NCBI RefSeq assembly: GCF_009914755.1
Contig: NC_060927.1
From: the human T2T-CHM13v2.0 reference genome, Homo sapiens
Length of the DNA: 64,000 nt
Strand: one strand, 5' to 3'
The notes under the pieces were generated by a model, which made no database searches, had not been told where the DNA came from, and worked only from the letters and a program-made list of their open reading frames with translations. The translations under genes and the position numbers were made by a program. This document shows, one piece after another, positions 29,641 through 43,051 of this stretch (its first letter is position 1; each line of letters opens with the position of its first letter).

Positions 29641-30463
29641 TAGTAGGGATAGCAGGCATAATCAGTGCTCTATCCACATCCTTTCTGATCCATGCACACC
29701 AATCCATTATCTAATGGTCATTCCTGCATTTATTTTTGGAGTGTTGCCTTTAGATTTTCAGAACCTATTTCCCTCATGCACTTGGTAGGTTAGAGAGTCC
29801 AGGGAGATAATATTTTCCAGAGGCAGCCCTTAAGCAGTGACTTCTGGATGTGTAATATAGATATTGTAGCTCCCTCACCCCAGCTATGACAATTAATATC
29901 CCTATATGATTAATAATGCACTCTTTATGGGCTGCCTTTCCTTTTCTTTCCTTTATCATTTTTTCATCTCCCTACCAGTGTGTTATGAGCTGAATTCTTT
30001 TCCTCAAAATTCGTATGTTGAAGCATTAGCCCTTACACCTCAGAATGTGACTATATTTGGAGATAAGGTCTTTAAAGAGTTGATTATGCTAACATGAGGC
30101 CATTAGGGTTCAACCTAATTTAATCTGACTAGTATCATTATAAGAAGAGAAAATTTGGACATCCAAAGAGACACCAAGGGCACATTCACACACAGGAAAG
30201 ACCACATAAGGACACAGTGAGAAGGTAGTCATCTACAAGTCAAAGAGAGACCTCAGAAGACACCAAAACTGATGGGCCTTGATTTTGGACTTCCAGTCTC
30301 CATAATTGTGACAAAATAAATTTATATTGTTTAAATGACTCAGTCTGTAGTATTTTGTTGTGGCAGCCCTAGTAAACTAATACATAATGTGACTTTTACT
30401 TTCTCAGTAAACTTTTTGGACAATCATGGTCTCAGCATTTGCTTCTAGAAAAAAAACTATGAC
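29641..30463 (+). mobile_element. LTR16-like ERVL LTR split by MLT1B
   Basis: tcagtgctctatccacatcc...gaggcagcccttaagcagtgac...gtctcagcatttgcttctag...gaca. Confidence 0.6.
29981..30384 (+). mobile_element. MaLR solo LTR (MLT1B-like)
   Basis: tgttatgagctgaatt...caaaattcgtatgttgaag...gcagccctagtaaactaataca. Confidence 0.85.
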
Positions 30464-31179
30464 AGTAGATATAACTTATAATGGAGATTAGATCATTTCT
30501 GGTGCCCTTTTATATAAATAGAAGTTCTGTTCTGTTTTTTTGCTGATTATTGCAGTGTTGACCTGTAAGGTGGTGGTGAATATGCCAGCTCTAATTTTTA
30601 ATTTGCATTTCCTGTCACCCAGAAGATGAATGCAGGTCTTGCCTTTTTTCATACATTCAGGAAAAGTCACTAATTTGTGTTTCTTTGTCATCTCATTTCA
30701 GTGGTAAGGGCTCAGGTCACTGGGCCTGATGGGGGCACAGCTATTGTTAGCAAGGGGCAACAAAGCAATTTCACTTTCTTTTTTTTTTTCCCCAGGGAGA
30801 AAGCACACTAGAATTGCGAAGGTAACTCTCCAGTTTTCATTTAAATCAAAAAGCATTTGTATCTTTGACCAAGTTCTTGCAACCAACCTCTTGGAGTTAG
30901 CAATGGTGGGCTATGCAAGAAGAGTCCCTGATGTTCTGTACTCTCCTCTTCTCTGTATGATGACCCTCCATGATCAACACTGGAAATCTTAGTGTTCATC
31001 AATGGACAATAATATCAATACCAAATATTATAAGATAAAAATTCTTACTGAGAGAAGAAGAGCAGATCTTCAAACATGATTTATTTGAAGCGAATTTAGG
31101 GACAGTAGGTTCATCTCTGATGACGAGTTACACAGGCACATGATTGAAGAAATAAATTGATGAGGAAGGGAATTTAGTT

Positions 31180-31392
31180 TTCTTAAGCACCTACCATATA
31201 TCACGCACAGCTTTAGGCTCTTTCACATACCTTATCTTACACAATCAGCCTTTATAATTTACTGATAAAAAAAAAAAACAGGGCTCAGAGAGGTTAAGTG
31301 ACTTACCCGAAGCAACATGTTATTTAATGATGGAGCCAATATCTGAACAAAGATCTCTGACTTCAAAGCCAGGCTTTTATAACATTATCTTG
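31180..31392 (-). mobile_element. MIR
   Basis: aaacagggctcagagaggttaagtgacttacccgaag. Confidence 0.75.
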
Positions 31393-32255
31393 CCAAAAAG
31401 TAGAGGGTGAAGAGAAGAAATAACCTAGAATTTTTTTTTCTACTTTTTATAAAGTGAAGAGAGGCTGAGACAAGGTGTCAGAGGACTTATTAAATGAGAA
31501 AGAATGGAGTGTTTTTTGTCTTTCTCAGTTCCAGGAGGCATTCAGAAGCAGACAAGAATGTCTAAAGAACTAGCTCTAATTAAAGGAGATATTTGGCTGT
31601 CTGTTTGACACAGAGCTTAGCATAACACAGGTCAGAAGACATCTATAACTATAATCCAAGGAGGAGGATGTTATCAGAATCTTGAGTTTCCCTGAACAGC
31701 AAAAGAGCTTACAGCTTTCTGGACACACAAGCCATTCCTTGTAATTCTGAGAATTTAGCCCAGAGGGTGGTCTCAAAAACTTGGGAAATCAGGGAACTGT
31801 TTCAGGCTCTGTATTAGATACTTTTTGCTGCACCCCCCTCAAAAAAAAAATCACAAAACTTGGTACTTTACAACACTGTCTTGATTATTGTAACTATCTT
31901 AAAATTGAGTAGGCTGATTCTTTTAGCTTTTTTCTTTTTCAGAATTATTTTAATTATCCTATTTTCTTTGCATTTCCATATACATTTTAGAATAATGTCT
32001 ATAACTATGCAAAAATCTTTGTGGGATTTTGATTGAAATTGTGTTAAAACTTTAAAACAATTTTGGGACAATTGACATTTTTGAGCCTTCAGGTCTATGA
32101 ACACTGCATGTTTTTCTGCTTATTTAAATATTTTGTCAATATTTGATACTTTTAAACATACCAAAACCTACACCACGTTTTGTTAGAGTTTTACAGAAGT
32201 ATTTTATGAGTAATTGGTATTGTGCTTTTAATTTCAATGTCCAAATGTTAATTAC

Positions 32256-32287
<32 letters not shown>

Positions 32288-33094
32288 GCATATGTGTGTG
32301 TATTATATATACACACACAATTGATTTGATTATTTTTCATCTATCTTGTGACCTTGCTGAACTCAGTAATTAGTTCTAGAAATATTTTTTGGTAGATTTT
32401 TTTTTAATCTTCCAATGCAGATAATGATGTCATCTAAAAATATGGAGTTTGATTTCTTCCTTTTTTATTTATCTTTCATTACCTTTTTTGCCTTGTTGCA
32501 CTGGCTAAAACCATCTAAAACTATGTTGAATAAGTGTGGTAAGAGCACATATCCTTGCCCTGCGCTCCATCTTTGGGGAAAAACAGTCTTTTACCATCAA
32601 GCATCATGTTAGGTTGTACATGTTTTGATTAAGTTGAGGATATGCCCCTCCATTTCAGTTTCCTGATAGTTTTTCAAATCACAGATTTGTGTGGAATTTT
32701 TGTCAAATGCCTTTTCTGTATCAAATTACACGATATTTTTTTTAGCCTATTAACATAATGAATTACTTAGAATAATTTTTGACCATTGAAACAAAATTTC
32801 ATCACCAGAATTTACCTCACTTTGTCATATAGGTTACAATTATTTTGAGTGTATTTCTGCCTTCTATTTCTTATGTTCGGTTAAAAATTGTGTCTATTTT
32901 AATTTTAAAAGTTGATCTTTTTTTTATACAGTTTTGTTTGGTTTTAGTAACAAAGTAATACTAGTTTCATAAAATACTGAAAATCCTTTTCTCCTCTTTG
33001 AATTTTTGAAAATGTTTGTGTAGAATTGGTGTTAATTTTTTTGTTTAACATTTGGCAGAATTCTTCAGTAAAAACATCTGAATTTGAAAATGGT

Positions 33095-33860
33095 TTAATT
33101 TATAAATGGAAAAATATTGAACAGACATCTCATCAAAGAAGGTATACAGACTGAAAGTATGCCTATAAAAAGTTGCTTCATATCATGTTATTAAGAAATT
33201 GCAAGTTAAAACAAGAAAATATTACACAAAGCCCTACACATCAATGTTTATGGCAGCTTTATAGTTGTCAAATCTTAGAAACAACCAAGATTTCTTTCAA
33301 TAGGTGAATGGATAAACAAATGAAGGCATATCTATATAATGGAATTATAAAGCCACAGAAAGACATGGAGGATCTTTTAAAAGCATATTTCTAACTAAAA
33401 GGAGTCATCTGAAAAGGCTACATGCTATATGATTCAACTGCATGACAATCTAGAAAAAGCAGAACTATAAAGAGTAAAATATGTTAATGGTTACCAGTGT
33501 TTTGGGGGGTGGAGGTGGGGTCAACAGGAATGAATAGGTAAAACGTGGAATTTTTAGGGCAGTGAACTATTATGAATGATACTGTAATAGTGGTAGCTTG
33601 TCATTAAACGTTTGTCAAATCCCAATGAACATACAACATTAAGAGTAAACTCTAATGTAAACCATGGATTTTATTATAAAAATACTGGCTTGTCAATTGT
33701 TATATATCTATCAAATAAAGCAAGATTTTAATTAGGGAAGCTGTGTGTAGGGAGTGTTTGGAGGAGGGGGCAAGACGGGGCATATGAGAACCCTATTTTC
33801 TGCTCAATTTTTCCACAAATCTAAAACTGCTCTAAAAAATAAGGTGTATTAACTTTTAAA
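33095..33860 (+). mobile_element. L1MD-type 3' end
   Basis: tgaacagacatctcatcaaagaag...aggtgaatggataaacaaa...tctaaaactgctctaaaaaataa. Confidence 0.75.
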
Positions 33861-34259
33861 TGAAACAGTTTATTGGTAACACACACACAGACACACCCAC
33901 ACTTGGATCTGTAGTTTTCTTTTGTGGGAGTTTTAAAATTACAAATTCAAGCTTTTTAATATGTATAGCACTATTTGTCAATTTCATGTTCCTTCAGCTG
34001 TGGTATTTTGTGGTTTCAAAGAATTGGTTCATGTTATCTAAGTTGTTATTTTTATGGTGTACAGTAGTTCACACTATTCTTTTTTTTAATCCTTTGATGT
34101 CTATAGGATCCGTTTTTATATTTCCTGTTTCATTCCTTCTTTTGGGAATTTGTGCCTCATTTTTTCTTTGTCTTGCTGGAGGTTTGTCAATTTTATTGAC
34201 CATTCAAAAAACAAGCTCTTTATTGATGTTCTCTATTGTTTTTGTTTTCAATATCATTT

Positions 34260-37200
34260 ATGCCTTTTTAAACTTTTGTGATATGATTAATAAAAATTGT
34301 ATATAGGGTATACATATTTTAATATATACACATTTGTAAAATGATTACCACAATTGAGCTAATTAACATAGCCATTACTTCATACCATTACCTTTTTATA
34401 TATGTGTGGTAAGAATACAAAAGATAATTTTTTTGAGCAAATTTCAAGTATGTAACACACAATTACCAACTAAACTTATTGAACTTTGTATTTGGTCTCT
34501 AGAACTTATTCATCTTATAACTGCACATTTGTACCCTTGACCAACATTTCCCCATTTCTACAATGCCTAGCCCCTGGGAACCACTCTTCTATTCTACTGC
34601 TATCTGTTTCTATGTATTAGAAACTTTTAGATTTCATATATGATGTGGTTTGGCTCTGTGGCCCCAACCAAATCTCACCATGAATTATTATCCCCATAAT
34701 CCCCATGTGTCAAGGACAGGACCAGGTGGAGGTAATAGAATCATGGGGACAGTTTCCCCCACACTGTTCTTGTGATAATGAATCTCAGGAGATGTGATGG
34801 TTTTATAGGCATCTGGTATTTCCCCTGCTTGCACTTCTCCTTCCCGCTGCCTTGTGAAGAAGGTGTCTTGTTTCCAACTTCTGCAGTGATTGTAAGTTTC
34901 CTGAGGCCTCCCAAGTGACGCTGAACTGTGAGTCAACTAAAACCCTTTCCTTTAAAAATTACCCAGTCTCAGGTATTTCTTCATAGCAGCACAAGAAGAG
35001 ACTAATACAACATATAGGCAATATCACGCATTAATTTTCTTTCTATATCTGGCTTATTTCAATTAACCTAATGTCCTCCATGTTGTCACAAGTGACGGGG
35101 TTTTTTAAGGCTGAATAATACATAGATAGATATCATCTTAATTCATCTGTCAATAGAAGCTTAGGTTTTTTCATATATTGGCTATTGTGAATAATGCTGT
35201 AGTAAACATGGAAATGCAGATATCTCTTTGACATAGTGATTTTATTTCTTTTGATATATTCCCACAAGTGGGATTAATGAATCACATGGTTTTATTTTTA
35301 ATTTTTAAAGCAACTTCTATACTGATCCATAGTGGTTGTACCAATTTACATTTCCAACAACAGGATACAAACTTCCTTTTCTTCACATTCTTATTAACAC
35401 TTATTATCTTTTGACTTTTTGATAAGTTATCCTAGCAGATATGAAGTGATATCTCATTTTTTTTATTTCCACTTCCCTAATAGTGATGGTGAATGTATCT
35501 TTTCATATAACTTTTGGCCATTTTTATGGCTTCTTGGGAAAAAATGTCTATTCAGTTCCTTTCCCCATTTAAAAAAATTTTTTAACTATTAAATTGTATG
35601 GCTTTCTTGTATATTTTGGTGATCATGCCCTTGTCCAGGTATACGACTTACAAATGTTTTCTCTCATTCTGTAAATTGCCTTTTTATTTTCTCAGTTGTT
35701 TCATTTGCTGCACAGAAACTTTATTTTTGCTTTTCCTGCCTATATTTTTGGGGTCATATCCAAAATATCAGTGCCAAGTCCAGCATCAAGGAACATGACA
35801 TCTAAGTTTTCTTCCAGGAGTTTTATAAATTCAGGTCTTAGGTGTAGGTCTTTAATCCTTTTGAGAGGATTTTTGTGCATGGTGTAAGACAAGGGTTCAA
35901 TTTCCTCTATTTTGTATGTGAATAGCCAGTTCCCACACCACTTATTGACAAGACTACCTTTTCTCCATTATGTATTCTTGGAACTTTTGTCAAAAATGTA
36001 TTGACCCATGCCTTAGGTTATTTTTGGGCTCTCTATTCTGTTCCATTGGTCTATGTGTCTGTTATAATTCCAGTACCACACTGTTTTAATTAATATGGCT
36101 TTGTAATATAATTTGAAATCAGAACGCATGATGCCTTCAGCTTTGCTCTTCTTGCTTGACATTGCTTAAGCTAGTCAGGGTCTTTTGAGATTCTATACAA
36201 ATTTTAGAAATTTTTATTTCTGTGAAAAATGACATTGGAATTTTGATAGGGATTAAGTTGACTCTATATCACTTTGGGTAGAATGGATATTTTAATAATA
36301 TTAATTCTTTCAATACATGAACATTGGGTATATTTCCATTTATTTTTGTTCTCTTCAATATCTTTCACCAGTATTTTATTATTTCTAGTGTACAGCTCTT
36401 TTATTTCCTTGGTTAAACTTATTTTTCTTTCTTATATTACTTATAATATTTTATATATTTATAACAATTTTTATAAAATATTTTAAATTATTTATAATTT
36501 TTTTTTAAATTGGTAGAATTGTTTCCCTAATTTCATTTTCGGGTAGTTCATTGTTAGTGTATAAGAATGCAACTATTTTTGTAGGTTGTATATCCTGCAA
36601 CTTTACTGAATTTCTTCATTAGTTTTAACAATCTTTTAATGAAGCCTTTAGCGTTTTCTTTGATGAACCTTTAGGAAATACAGAAGACTAAAGTAAATGG
36701 AATTACAAATGAAAGATTAAAATACAACTGATATCACACAAACATAAAGAATCATAAGAGACTACTGTGAACAATAATATGCCAGCAAGTTGGAGAATCT
36801 AGAAGAAATGGATAATACTTAGTAACATGCAATCTACAAAGACTGAATCATAAAAAACTACAAAATAATTTGAACAGCATAGTGATGATTAAGGAGATTT
36901 AATCGGTAATCAAAAGTCACCCAATTAAAAAGAGTTCAGGGTCAGACATTTTCACTGGTGAATTCTACCAAGCATTTAAAGAAGAATTAATACCAATCCT
37001 TCTCAAACTCCTCTAAATAAATTGAAGAGGAGGGAATATTTCTAAACTCATGTAAGAGTTCAGCATTACCTTGGTACAAAAGGCAGACAAGGATACTACA
37101 AGAAAAGAAAACTACAGGCCAACATTAATGATAAACATAGATATAAAACTTATCAGTGAGATACTAGCAAATCAAATTTACAGCACATTATAAGAATCAT

Positions 37201-38024
37201 GCATCAGGATGAAATGAAATTTATCCTGAAGATGCAATGATTTTTCATCATATACAAATCAATATTATATACCACATTAGCAAAATATAGGACAAAAATC
37301 ATACGATCAGCTCAATAGAGGCAGAAAAAGCATTTCACAAAATTTACCACCCTTTCATGATAAAAATTCTCAACAAATTAAGCATAGAAGTAATGTACCT
37401 TAACATACGTTACAAGCCCACAGATAACATCGTATGCAGCAATGACAAGCTGAAAACTTTTCCTCTAAGATAAGAAACAAGTCAAGGCTGCTAGGTCACA
37501 GTGCTACTTCAGGATCTACATACAGTTGGGACTGACATTGGCAGGCATGTTACTGGGAGCACAGATAGTTGTGTCTTTCACTGGATCCCTGTGCAGGCAG
37601 GACTGACTCTGGAACAGTGGTATACTAGGGCTGGAGCCATGGCATAGGGTGGTTTCAAGATCCACAGTCAGGTATACTATGGGTGATGCCATAACCAGGG
37701 GCACAGATGGGCATAGTTCCTCCTGGGTTCCTTGATGAATGGGGCTTGTTGCAGGATCATGGCCAACTGGAGCTGAGGCCAGTTCCATAGAGTGACTGTT
37801 GCTTTGGCCTTGCAGCTGAGACATTGCTAACCCTGGCACCAGTGTGTGCCTGCCTTCTCAAGGAAGCTCTCTCCAATCTTGGGCTTCAGCAGAATTTCAT
37901 AATCTCCTACAGGCACCCAAAAGCTTCCACAAAGATACTTCTGTTCATAGATGGCTGCTAGATTTTTGTGTGTGTTGGAAGCTATAATCTGGGGACCTAT
38001 TATTCTGTCATCCTACTGACATCT
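34260..38024 (-). mobile_element. L1MA-type insertion: 3' end (-), inverted ORF2 segment (+, 36660-37491), 5'UTR start (-)
   Basis: Antisense 3'UTR/ORF2 at 34260-36659; sense ORF2 from KIDKPL-like to GTRQG-like; antisense 5'UTR ending ctgtcatcctactgacatc; candidate 14-bp TSD at 34246-34259 and 38025-38038. Confidence 0.75.
34641..35009 (+). mobile_element. MaLR solo LTR (THE1D-like)
   Basis: tgatgtggtttggctctgtg...actaataca; TSD ATATA/ACATA. Confidence 0.88.
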
Positions 38025-38134
38025 TTCCAATGTTATTTTGGTTCTTACCTTTGTAATATCCTTCCTTCTGCCTCATTTTTCTCTTCTTTTTCTAAGCTCT
38101 TAACATCGAAGTTTAGATTTTTGACTGAGACTTT

Positions 38135-38360
38135 ATTTTTTTAGTTTCTTTTTTTAAATTTTAACTTTTTAGATACAGTGGGTGCATGTACAAGTTTTTT
38201 ACATGGGTAAACTGCATGATGCTGAGGTGAGGGTGCAGGTCATGCTACCCAGGTAGTGGGCATAGTACACAAAGGTAGTTTTCAGCCCATTTCCACTTCC
38301 CTCCCTTCCCCCTCTAGTAGTTCACAGTGTCTACTGTCCCCATTTATATCCATGTGTGCT
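38135..38360 (-). mobile_element. Short L1PA15/16-like 3' end
   Basis: ttttagatacagtgggtgcatgtaca...ttacatgggtaaactgcatgatgctgagg...ccctctagtagt. Confidence 0.75.
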
Positions 38361-39199
38361 CTTTTCTAATTTATGTTTTTATCACTGTAATTTTGCTCTC
38401 CGAAATGTATCTGTGTCCCACAGATTTTGATATATTGTATTTTAGTTCATTTAGCTTCATGTTTTTAAAATTTATCTCCTGACTTATTCTGTGCTGTTTA
38501 GTTTCTAAGTGTACAAAGATTGTTCTGCTATTTTTCTGTGATTTATTTCTAGTGCTCTTATTCTATTGTAGTTAGACAAGTCACTCTTCATCATTCCATT
38601 TCTTTTAAATTTGTTGAAAATTGTTTGATGAGCTAGTATACCACTCCATGTTCTATGGGCAGTTAAAAAATGTGCATTCTGCTGTTACTGGATGGACTAT
38701 TTATTCATGTGTATTAGATTATATTGTTTGATTATGCTTGCTAGTTTTCTGTCTATAAATTGTTGAAAGATTGAAATCTCTGTATAATGTAGATTTGTCT
38801 GTTTATTCTTTAATTTATATCAGTTTTTACTTTATATTTTGCAGCTCTGTTTGTCAGTGCATACACATTTAGGATTGTTCTTAATGAACTGACCCTTTTA
38901 TCATTATGTAATGGCCCTCTTTGTACCTGGTAATGTTTCTTCTCTGAATGCTACTTTATCTGTTATTAATAGAAATACTCTTGCTTTATTTTGGTTAATA
39001 TTCACATGACAGACTTTCTTCAGACATAATTTTAATCATAATGTATTATTGTAGTTGAATTGAGTTTTTTCTTGACAGTATACAGCTGGTTTATGTCTAT
39101 TCCACTCTGCCAATTTTTGTCTCTTTATTGCTTTTTGAAACCTTTTGCATTTGTGTAATTATTGATACGTTAGGGCTTAAGTCTGACATCTTTTTCTGT

Positions 39200-39854
39200 T
39201 GTTGGGGCTCAGAAAACAATACCTCAAAATGAAGGCCTCAGAAGCAGCCTCGGTAACAAAAGTTTTTCTTGGACCTTCTCCTGCCTTCCTGTCTCTCAGA
39301 TCCATTCTCTCCCTGAGGCTAGACATAGAAACTAAAATTCCTCTTCCCCAAGGTGGGCCATAGAAACTAGAACCTTTTTTTCCCAAAAGCCACCCATAAA
39401 ACCTAAAAATATTACTCCAATTTTCCCTTTGACTTTCTGTGTAAAAAAGTGGCCATTGAGAAATTATCTGACCTATACCTTGTTTGAATATAGGTCTTAT
39501 GACTGCCATTCCAGAGGGTCCTGTTCCATAGCTAGAAAGAAGAAATTTGTACTCAGAGTGGCCAAGAAGAATCTAGATAGACAGGCCTTGCTGAGTTTCC
39601 CCAATTAGTCTATTAGCATTAGCGTATAACCTTTTTTCTCCAATCATATTTCTACATGGTTATCCACAGTTTGTTGAACTTAAGCATAAAAATGAACAAT
39701 TTCCCCTAGATCTTCGAATCTTCATTCTGAAGGTTGCTGTGTGTACACATTAAATAAATTTGTATGCCTTTTCTCCAATTAATCTGACTTATGTGAGTTG
39801 ATTTTTCAGCAGACCTTCAGAGGATGAAGGGAAACTTTCCCCTTGGCCATTACA
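39200..39854 (+). mobile_element. Solo ERV1 LTR (LTR29/MER39-group-like)
   Basis: tgttggggctcagaaaacaatacc...aataaa...cccttggccattaca, with TG...CA termini. Confidence 0.82.
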
Positions 39855-41970
39855 TGCTTTTATTTCTCTATTTTTCTTTTCTCTCTCTAACCTTCCTGTG
39901 CGTAAAATGAACATTTTTAGAATATCATTTTAATTTACCTATAGTGTTTTAGAGTGTAGCTTTTTGAATAATATTGTGTGTTTGTTCTAGGAATTATATA
40001 TTTATATAACTTATGACATCCTACTGGTGTCATCATTTTACCAATTCACATGAAATGTAGAAAGCTTTCTTCCCTTTACATCTTTATATCCCACCTCCTA
40101 CCTATTTATATTTCTAAAAATAATTCCTATATATACATTTAGGACCATATCAAACATTCAGTTTTGTTTTAAGCATCAAACATAATTTAGAAAACTCAAA
40201 GAGAGAATAAAAGTCTATTGATTTTTGCTTATCATGTTCTTTCTGATGTTCCAAATTCCTTATTTGTTTCATTTCTATTTTAAAAAATGTCTAGTCATTT
40301 CTTAGGGTAGTATGTTGGTGAAACTTTTTTTAAGTTTTCCTTCATCAGATCATGTCTTTATTTCTCCTTTCTTCCTGAAGTATATTTTTGTTGTACATAG
40401 GATTCTGAGTTAGCAATTTTTTTTTTTTTTAAGCAATTAGAAAAATGTTACACCATTTCCATCTGGCCTCTGTGTTTTCTGATTGGATATTTGCTATCTT
40501 TTGAATTACTTTTTATTATATTTAAGATGTTATTGTTCTCTCATTGTTTTCAAAATGTTTTGTCTTTTGTTTGCAGCCATTTGCCTATGATGTGCTTTGG
40601 AATAAACTTCTTTTTTTTATCCTATTTGAAGTTTAATCACCCCCTTAAATTCTGTAGGTTTATGCCTTTTGCCAAATACAGGATTTTTTTTAGTGGTTAT
40701 TCGAGTACTTTTTCAGCCCTGTACTCATTCTTCTTCCAGAAATATGTTGGCAAATGTTCGTTTTTTAAAAAATTCTCATAGGTCCTGAATTTCCCATTTA
40801 TGTTTTCGTCTATTTTGCTACTGTTAAGATTGAGTTATATCTGTTGTTCTATTTTCAAGTACACTTAGTCTCTGCTTTGTATCTTCCGTTCTGATATTAA
40901 GCTTCTCCTTTGCATTTGTTATTTTTTAGTTCTAATATATGCATTGGGATTTCTTTCTATCTTCCATTTCTTTGCTAAAGCTTTCTGTTTTTTTCCCATT
41001 GGTTTCATGTATATGTGCAATTGCTTGTTGAAGCTGTTTAAAAATCTGTCAAATAGTTCTATCTTCTCTGCCATGTCAGTGTTGACAGCCATGATGTATT
41101 TTTGTATTCAGTTTGAGATCTTCCTTTTTCTTGATATAATGAGTGATTAAAACATGGATATTTTGGATATAAATTTGTGAAACTCTCAATCTTATTTAAA
41201 ACTTCTGTTTCATCTCTTTTCTTCTTATACATCTCTTACAGGAAGAAAGGTACCCTCTTGTTACTGCCAGGTGGAATAGAATGATATTTTCTATTCAGCC
41301 TCCATTGGCATCCAAATGCCGAGAGTTCTTGTCACTGCTTAGCAGGGATGGGAGTTGTGGCTCCCCACAAGTCCTCTGTTTATAACTCCCTGGCTGGGAA
41401 GTGCTTTATTATTGCCCGTCACATGACCTCCATTGATACCATTGGGCATGACATTAATTTTATTTACACTAGGAAATGGTAAAAGTTCTGATTCATCACA
41501 AGGCCTCCTTTGAAACCTCCCAGTTAGGGAGAGGGAAGAATACCTTATTACTGCCAGGTGAAGGTGAGAAGGTAGAAGTCCAGACTCCCTACATGGTCTT
41601 CGCTGACAGTGTAGGAGTGGATGTGTCAGTGAAGGTGTGATTGCTACTGTCAACGATAAAAATTTCCAGCTCATTGCTCATCTTCTATAACACTATAGCA
41701 ACAGAGGCACTCAGGCAACTTGTCTACAGCCTGTCAAAGTTGTGAGTCTAGACTGCCCACTTGTCCTTCGATGGCATGGATGGGGCTGGCATCACAGTTA
41801 TTACTGTGGTGCTTGGATGGAAAAAAAGAGTGGTTGTTGATTACAAGTTTTCTGCCTTGCTAGGGTTCCCTTTCCTTGTACTTTGGCTACAGAAGGCAAC
41901 TTGTTGTTAGAATTTTTGTCTGGGCTTGTTGGCATGTCTCGGTTTCTAGTTTATTCAGCCTCAAGTCTAA

Positions 41971-42253
<283 letters not shown>

Positions 42254-42384
42254 TAATGTTGAGGGTTTTTACTGGTACATGGTGGGAGGGATAGGGAAAA
42301 GCACATTCATTCCATCTTCCTGTAAGCAATAGTCCCATATGTACGTTTAAAGTCTCTGCTTGTGTAAGGTAGCTATTGTCTCAC

Positions 42385-42520
42385 TAGTCATACCTAGTTA
42401 CAAGACCAACCCTAAGTGGTGGAGAAACAGACGACATGCTTGATGGGAGAATCTTCGAAGTCACATTGCAAATGTATAGACACAGGAAGGGGAAGAATTG
42501 CCAGCCATTTTTATAACCTA
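42385..42520 (-). mobile_element. Old MLT1-type LTR fragment
   Basis: cttgatgggagaatcttcgaagtcacattgcaa...gaagaattgccagccattttt. Confidence 0.55.
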
Positions 42521-43051
42521 TTGAAACCTGTCTTATGAATGAAGGATGAGGAGGCACGAAGAGAAATGTGGACCAAAAGAGATCAATAGAAAAAGAAAGA
42601 AATAGAGAAAGAATGGGGGTGGGGGAGATCAACAAAGCTGTTGAAAAGATCAAAAGGGAAACCATTAATAACACCATTGTTGAGAAAAAAATCTCTATCA
42701 GTAAAAACTGCAGTATTACACAAGGGAATAATAAGAAAGTGTAAGAAGCAATTGAAAATGTAAAAGTGTCAAATTGAACAAACACGTCATTTCACATGGA
42801 TGGTAAAAAGAACATAAGCACGCAGAGATAGTATGGCCAAGGCACTCTTATGGTCTTTTAGTTTCTTATTCTCTGGTGTGATGAAAATGTTTTCCTGTTT
42901 CCAATGTTGCAGAAGAAATGAAATAAGGATTAATTTTACATACTTTAGAATAAATTCTGACTTTTTAATATTTCTGAGATCTATTTTTTTCCCCACTTAT
43001 GGAACATCCATGTTCTTCCATGTTATGTCTATCAGTGACTGGGAATAATTA

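Noticed and set aside
33860-34306. 148-aa hydrophobic membrane-protein-like ORF (also 40491-40781 and 42384-42785)
   Set aside because: The Phe/Leu/Ile richness comes from T-rich antisense L1 or low-complexity DNA.
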